DNA from: an uncultured bacterium
GTDB taxonomy: Bacteria; Hydrothermota; Hydrothermia; UBA1063
Assembly: GCA_964654765.1 (NCBI GenBank)
Contig: CAZZKY010000146.1
Span: 14,694 to 78,693, forward strand
Direction of reading: 5' to 3'
DNA length: 64,000 nt
Part shown: one piece after another, positions 60,641-64,000 of the stretch
Layout of the letters: each line of letters starts with the position of its first letter
How positions within the stretch are numbered: the stretch's first letter is position 1
Notes under the pieces: model-generated
The model's input: only the letters and a program-made list of their open reading frames with translations
Databases searched by the model: none
What the model was told of the DNA's origin: nothing
Position numbers and translations under genes: made by a program

Positions 60641-60961
60641 ATGAATAGTATGCCGATAGAAAAAATCATAGAAGAGTTCAATAAAAAAAATGGTCTGAAG
60701 TTGAAGGTAGAGTTTTTTAAAATTGAAAGTTATCGCTTAATGGTGACTTTTTGCAGTAAAGGTAATCACAACGAAAATAACTTTGATGAGGAGATTGTTG
60801 AATTTGGGAATTTTCTGAGTATTAACGCAGGAACAGACTACGACCTTATTAGACTTTACAGATTGGGAGGTGGTCGTTTTGTTGGAGTTTTTGTTCCCGA
60901 TAGTGATAGAATGAAAGAGGTTATCGATTTTGGGTTTGAGCCCTTTGATATGCTTTTATGA
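60641..60961 (+). CDS. Small cytoplasmic hypothetical protein (106 aa), translationally coupled to the downstream beta-barrel gene
   Basis: No signal peptide. There is an ATGA overlap with the next gene. The weak roadblock/LC7-like pattern 'YDLIRLYRLGGGRFVGVFVPDSD' is speculative. Confidence 0.35.
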   Translation: MNSMPIEKIIEEFNKKNGLKLKVEFFKIESYRLMVTFCSKGNHNENNFDEEIVEFGNFLSINAGTDYDLIRLYRLGGGRFVGVFVPDSDRMKEVIDFGFEPFDMLL

Positions 60962-62298
60962 ATTCAGGTTTAATACTTGCTTTATTTTTAAGTTTTTCGC
61001 TCTATGACCCTGTCTTTCTAAAAGATTATTCCATAGAGTTTCTGGAATTACGGAAAAGCTTTATAAATTTAGGTTCAGACACTTATGTCTGGACTTTTGC
61101 TGATACTTCTGAGGAGAGGCCTTTTATAAAATTTAGCCCGAGTCTAAAGTTAATTAACATAACAAAGGATAGGGTAAATTATACCAATAGTTACATTGAT
61201 CTTGCCTTCGACGCAGGTGTTCGTTTTGACCATTTCCAAGTATATGCGAAAGTTAACTTTTTCAATTTTTTGGCGCCTTACAAGTTTAAGTTTTATGAAC
61301 CTTTGGCTGATAACAGATACAACCTTTATAGTTTTGATGAACAACCTATTGTCGGTGGAACCAGTCTTTTTGATATAAATGTTGAAAAGGCGTACATTCA
61401 GTATTCTAAACATAATTTTGAAATTCTCGTGGGTAGAAACAATGTGATGATAGGAGAGGCACTTCTCTTTAGTGGACTTTGCTATCCGTTAGACCACGTG
61501 TATCGTTTAAGTTTCAGTTTCAGCAATTTCAAAGTTGTCTCTGCTTTCGCAGTTACACAGGATACGTTTCCTGAGAAAACTGTCTCATATCAGACATTAG
61601 AGTGGAAGCCTTTTGACAATTTAACGGTAACCTTTTACGAAGCGGTATCCCATACGGGTAAAGATTATTTCAAATACTTTAATCCTATCTCCCTCTATTA
61701 CGAAAGGCAAAGAAGGGGAACTTCCAATTCGGACAACCTCTTAGGTGGCCTCGCTGTGAGGTTTGATGTTAAGAATAGAATGAGTCTATTTTTTGATTTT
61801 TTAAATGATGACTTTATTGTTTTTAAAGGGGGAACAAGCAAATATGGGGTTTGTGCCGGTTTAGAAACGTCACTTGATACCTATTCTTTTTTAAGATTTT
61901 CTTTTGTGGCAATTCCTCGCTTTACTTACACCCACGTATCTGATACTAACGCATGGCAGATTATGGGCCTACCTCTTGGTTACCCAAGGGGAAATGACCT
62001 TCTGGATTTGTATTTGAGTTATTTAAGAAAGTTGAGAAATGGAGGTTACTTTATTTTCAGGGTTGCCCAGCTCAATAAAGGTGAGGGAACTCTGAAAGAG
62101 CACTGGGAAAATAGTGGATATCCGAAAAATATGCCTTTTCCAACTGGACAGGTCGAGAGGGAGTTGTTTGCAATGCTTGGCTACCAAAAAAGGAGTATAT
62201 ATGTTGGTCTTTTTACAGAGTGGAAATACAGTGAGTCTTCTAATGCCTTTGGAGCGTTCATTTACTTCAAAAATAATGTGTTCAAGCTTGTCTTTTAG
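60958..62298 (+). CDS. Predicted outer-membrane beta-barrel protein (446 aa)
   Basis: N-terminal signal-like 'LILALFLSFSLY'. It has abundant alternating hydrophobic/polar beta-strand patterns ('RLSFSFSNFKVVSAFAV', 'FLRFSFVAIPRFTYTHV') and ends in '...NNVFKLVF', the aromatic C-terminus typical of BAM-dependent OMPs. Confidence 0.45.
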   Translation: MNSGLILALFLSFSLYDPVFLKDYSIEFLELRKSFINLGSDTYVWTFADTSEERPFIKFSPSLKLINITKDRVNYTNSYIDLAFDAGVRFDHFQVYAKVNFFNFLAPYKFKFYEPLADNRYNLYSFDEQPIVGGTSLFDINVEKAYIQYSKHNFEILVGRNNVMIGEALLFSGLCYPLDHVYRLSFSFSNFKVVSAFAVTQDTFPEKTVSYQTLEWKPFDNLTVTFYEAVSHTGKDYFKYFNPISLYYERQRRGTSNSDNLLGGLAVRFDVKNRMSLFFDFLNDDFIVFKGGTSKYGVCAGLETSLDTYSFLRFSFVAIPRFTYTHVSDTNAWQIMGLPLGYPRGNDLLDLYLSYLRKLRNGGYFIFRVAQLNKGEGTLKEHWENSGYPKNMPFPTGQVERELFAMLGYQKRSIYVGLFTEWKYSESSNAFGAFIYFKNNVFKLVF

Positions 62299-62301
62299 TT
62301 A

Positions 62302-63615
62302 ATGGACCCTGTTCTCCTCGAAAAATTTATTAGAGCGGTGAAGAAATATAATATGATTGTGAAAGGAGATAGGTTGCTGGTTGGCTTTTCTGGCGGTCCT
62401 GACTCGGTTTTTCTTGTTGAAATACTAAAGGATGTGGAGAGTTATTTAGGAATAAGCTTCAGTTGTTTGCATATTAATCACATGCTTAGGGGTGAGGAAT
62501 CTTTTCGAGATGAAGTTTTTTGTAAAAGGTTTTGCGAAGAGAGAAAAATAGAATTGTTCGTCGAGAGGGTTGATGTAAAGAATTTAAGAAAGGAGGGAGA
62601 ATCCATTGAAGAGGTTGCCAGAAGGGTAAGATATGAAAAGTATGAGGATTATTTGCAAAGGTATGGTTTTAATAGAATTGTTCTTGCTCACACTGCCTCC
62701 GATTCGGTTGAAACTTTTCTTATCAATCTGTTGAGAGGTACGGGGGTTATTGGACTTAAGGGCATCCCACCGGTGCGGGGAAACATCATACGGCCACTAA
62801 TATATATTACGCGGAAAGAAATAGAGGATTATCTTGATGCGAAAGGGGTTTCTTATGTGATAGATTCCTCTAATCTTGATACTAAATTTTTGCGTAATCG
62901 TATAAGATTGGATCTTTTGCCATATTTGGAGGATATAAGACCGGGTGCCTTTGAGAAAATAAGAGAAACCAGTGAAATTATGGTGGATTTTGCCGATTTT
63001 CTTGAAAGAGAACTGGAAAGGATGGAAAAGGATGTTCTTAAAAACACTTACTCTTGGGCGATTTTAATTGATTATTCGAAGTTTAGAAATTATCATTGTT
63101 TATTGCAAAAACTTTTCATTCAGCGGAGGTTAAATTTGACCTATCAAGATGTTGAAAACATTGAGGGTTTAATTGTTTTAGGAAAGTCCGGGAAAGTTAA
63201 AGGATTTCAAGTGTTTAGTAGCGGAGGTGAGATCTTCATAGCTCCTGAGGATAAGGCTTTTCCGGAAGTACAAATTAATTTAGAAAGTTTGCCTTTGATG
63301 GTAGAAGAATTTAATTTCATGGTAAAACCTTCTGCAGAATTTTCTGAAAACCTCTTTGTGATGGGGTTTAATGAAAATGATTTCCCGGTTAAAATCAGAG
63401 CTTGGAGACCGGGGGATATTTACATGGGTAAAAAACTTTCTGATCTTTTTGGTTCCAGAAGGATTAACATCTGGAGAAGGAGATATTACCCGGTTTTTGA
63501 GAGTAAAGGGCAAATTGTTTGGGTTCCTGGATTTAGGATGGATAAAGTAAGAGGTAGAATCTTCTTGGAGGTAAGAAAAATTGATGAGGGAAAGTACTGG
63601 ATTTTTGATAACTGA
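62302..63615 (+). CDS. tilS: tRNA(Ile)-lysidine synthetase
   Basis: 437 aa with the PP-loop 'LLVGFSGGPDSVFL', and it lies immediately upstream of hpt in the conserved tilS-hpt arrangement. Confidence 0.9.
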   Translation: MDPVLLEKFIRAVKKYNMIVKGDRLLVGFSGGPDSVFLVEILKDVESYLGISFSCLHINHMLRGEESFRDEVFCKRFCEERKIELFVERVDVKNLRKEGESIEEVARRVRYEKYEDYLQRYGFNRIVLAHTASDSVETFLINLLRGTGVIGLKGIPPVRGNIIRPLIYITRKEIEDYLDAKGVSYVIDSSNLDTKFLRNRIRLDLLPYLEDIRPGAFEKIRETSEIMVDFADFLERELERMEKDVLKNTYSWAILIDYSKFRNYHCLLQKLFIQRRLNLTYQDVENIEGLIVLGKSGKVKGFQVFSSGGEIFIAPEDKAFPEVQINLESLPLMVEEFNFMVKPSAEFSENLFVMGFNENDFPVKIRAWRPGDIYMGKKLSDLFGSRRINIWRRRYYPVFESKGQIVWVPGFRMDKVRGRIFLEVRKIDEGKYWIFDN

Positions 63616-64000
63616 AGAGCAGATAAAAGGCAGGGTGAGGGAGATTGCCTCGCAAATAAAAAAGGACTACCAAGATACTGTTCCAGTTCTCGTTGGGGTT
63701 TTGAAAGGGTCCTTTATTTTCCTTGCAGATTTAGTAAGAGAATTGAGCGACATTGACGTGGAAGTCGATTTTCTTTCCGTTTCAAGCTATGGAAGATCTA
63801 CAAAGACTTCAGGAATTGTGAAGATTTTGAAAGATTTATCCATTTCAATAGAGGGAAGGGATGTGATCTTAGTTGAGGATATTTGTGACAGCGGGTTAAC
63901 TTTAAAGTATCTGGTTGAACTGCTTAAGGGCAGAAAGCCGAGGAGCCTGAGAGTTTGCGTTTTGTTGGATAAAAAAGAGAGAAGGCTGGTAGATATAGAT
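63584..64000 (+). CDS. hpt: Hypoxanthine-guanine phosphoribosyltransferase; 3' end outside the window
   Basis: 'TEEQIKGRVREIASQIKKDYQDTVPVLVGVLKGSFIFLADLVREL...VEDICDSGLTL' carries the PRPP-binding motif. The start is assigned to the ATG at 63584, which overlaps the tilS 3' end by 32 nt. The ORF continues beyond the window end. Confidence 0.85.
   Translation, partial: MRESTGFLITEEQIKGRVREIASQIKKDYQDTVPVLVGVLKGSFIFLADLVRELSDIDVEVDFLSVSSYGRSTKTSGIVKILKDLSISIEGRDVILVEDICDSGLTLKYLVELLKGRKPRSLRVCVLLDKKERRLVDID

Overview
The window is a compact, gene-dense chromosomal segment of a low-GC (about 40%) bacterium, with roughly 62 genes on both strands and many 1-30 nt gene overlaps. The proteins are rich in Lys, Glu and Ile, which suggests a thermophile, and the gene content mixes bacterial and archaeal-like traits. 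The latter include a V/A-type ATPase operon, a Pyrococcus-type protein disulfide oxidoreductase, an Ogg2-type glycosylase and a flavodiiron O2-detoxification module. Two very large secreted proteins end in a type-IX-secretion (Por) C-terminal sorting domain. Recognisable housekeeping blocks are:
- dTDP-rhamnose and NDP-sugar genes (rfbC, rfbD, CapD-like, DegT-like);
- an Rrf2-NifS-NifU-NadA Fe-S assembly cluster;
- folC, a NUDIX hydrolase and gltX;
- rbfA, truB and ribF;
- eno and a PpiD-like chaperone;
- a two-subunit flavin/Fe-S oxidase;
- sufS and purM;
- a PerR-flavodoxin-flavin reductase-flavodiiron operon, followed by ogg and thiD;
- a heterodimeric ABC exporter with one degenerate ATP site;
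- L-serine dehydratase;
- a CDP-alcohol phosphatidyltransferase plus HAD phosphatase pair;
- the V-type ATPase operon, with subunits H/G, I, K, E, C, F, A and B but no D;
- tilS and hpt.
No rRNA, tRNA, CRISPR array or transposase was detected.
The most interesting unexplained material is:
- a four-gene cluster directly downstream of atpB, made up of a secreted transglutaminase-like cysteine protease, a catalytically dead paralog, a small cytosolic protein and a predicted outer-membrane beta-barrel;
- a 408-aa protein of unknown function translationally coupled to L-serine dehydratase;
- a long, divergent RNase HII-like protein carrying large insertions.
All calls come from reading the translated ORFs for motifs, so they are confident at family level and weaker on exact function.
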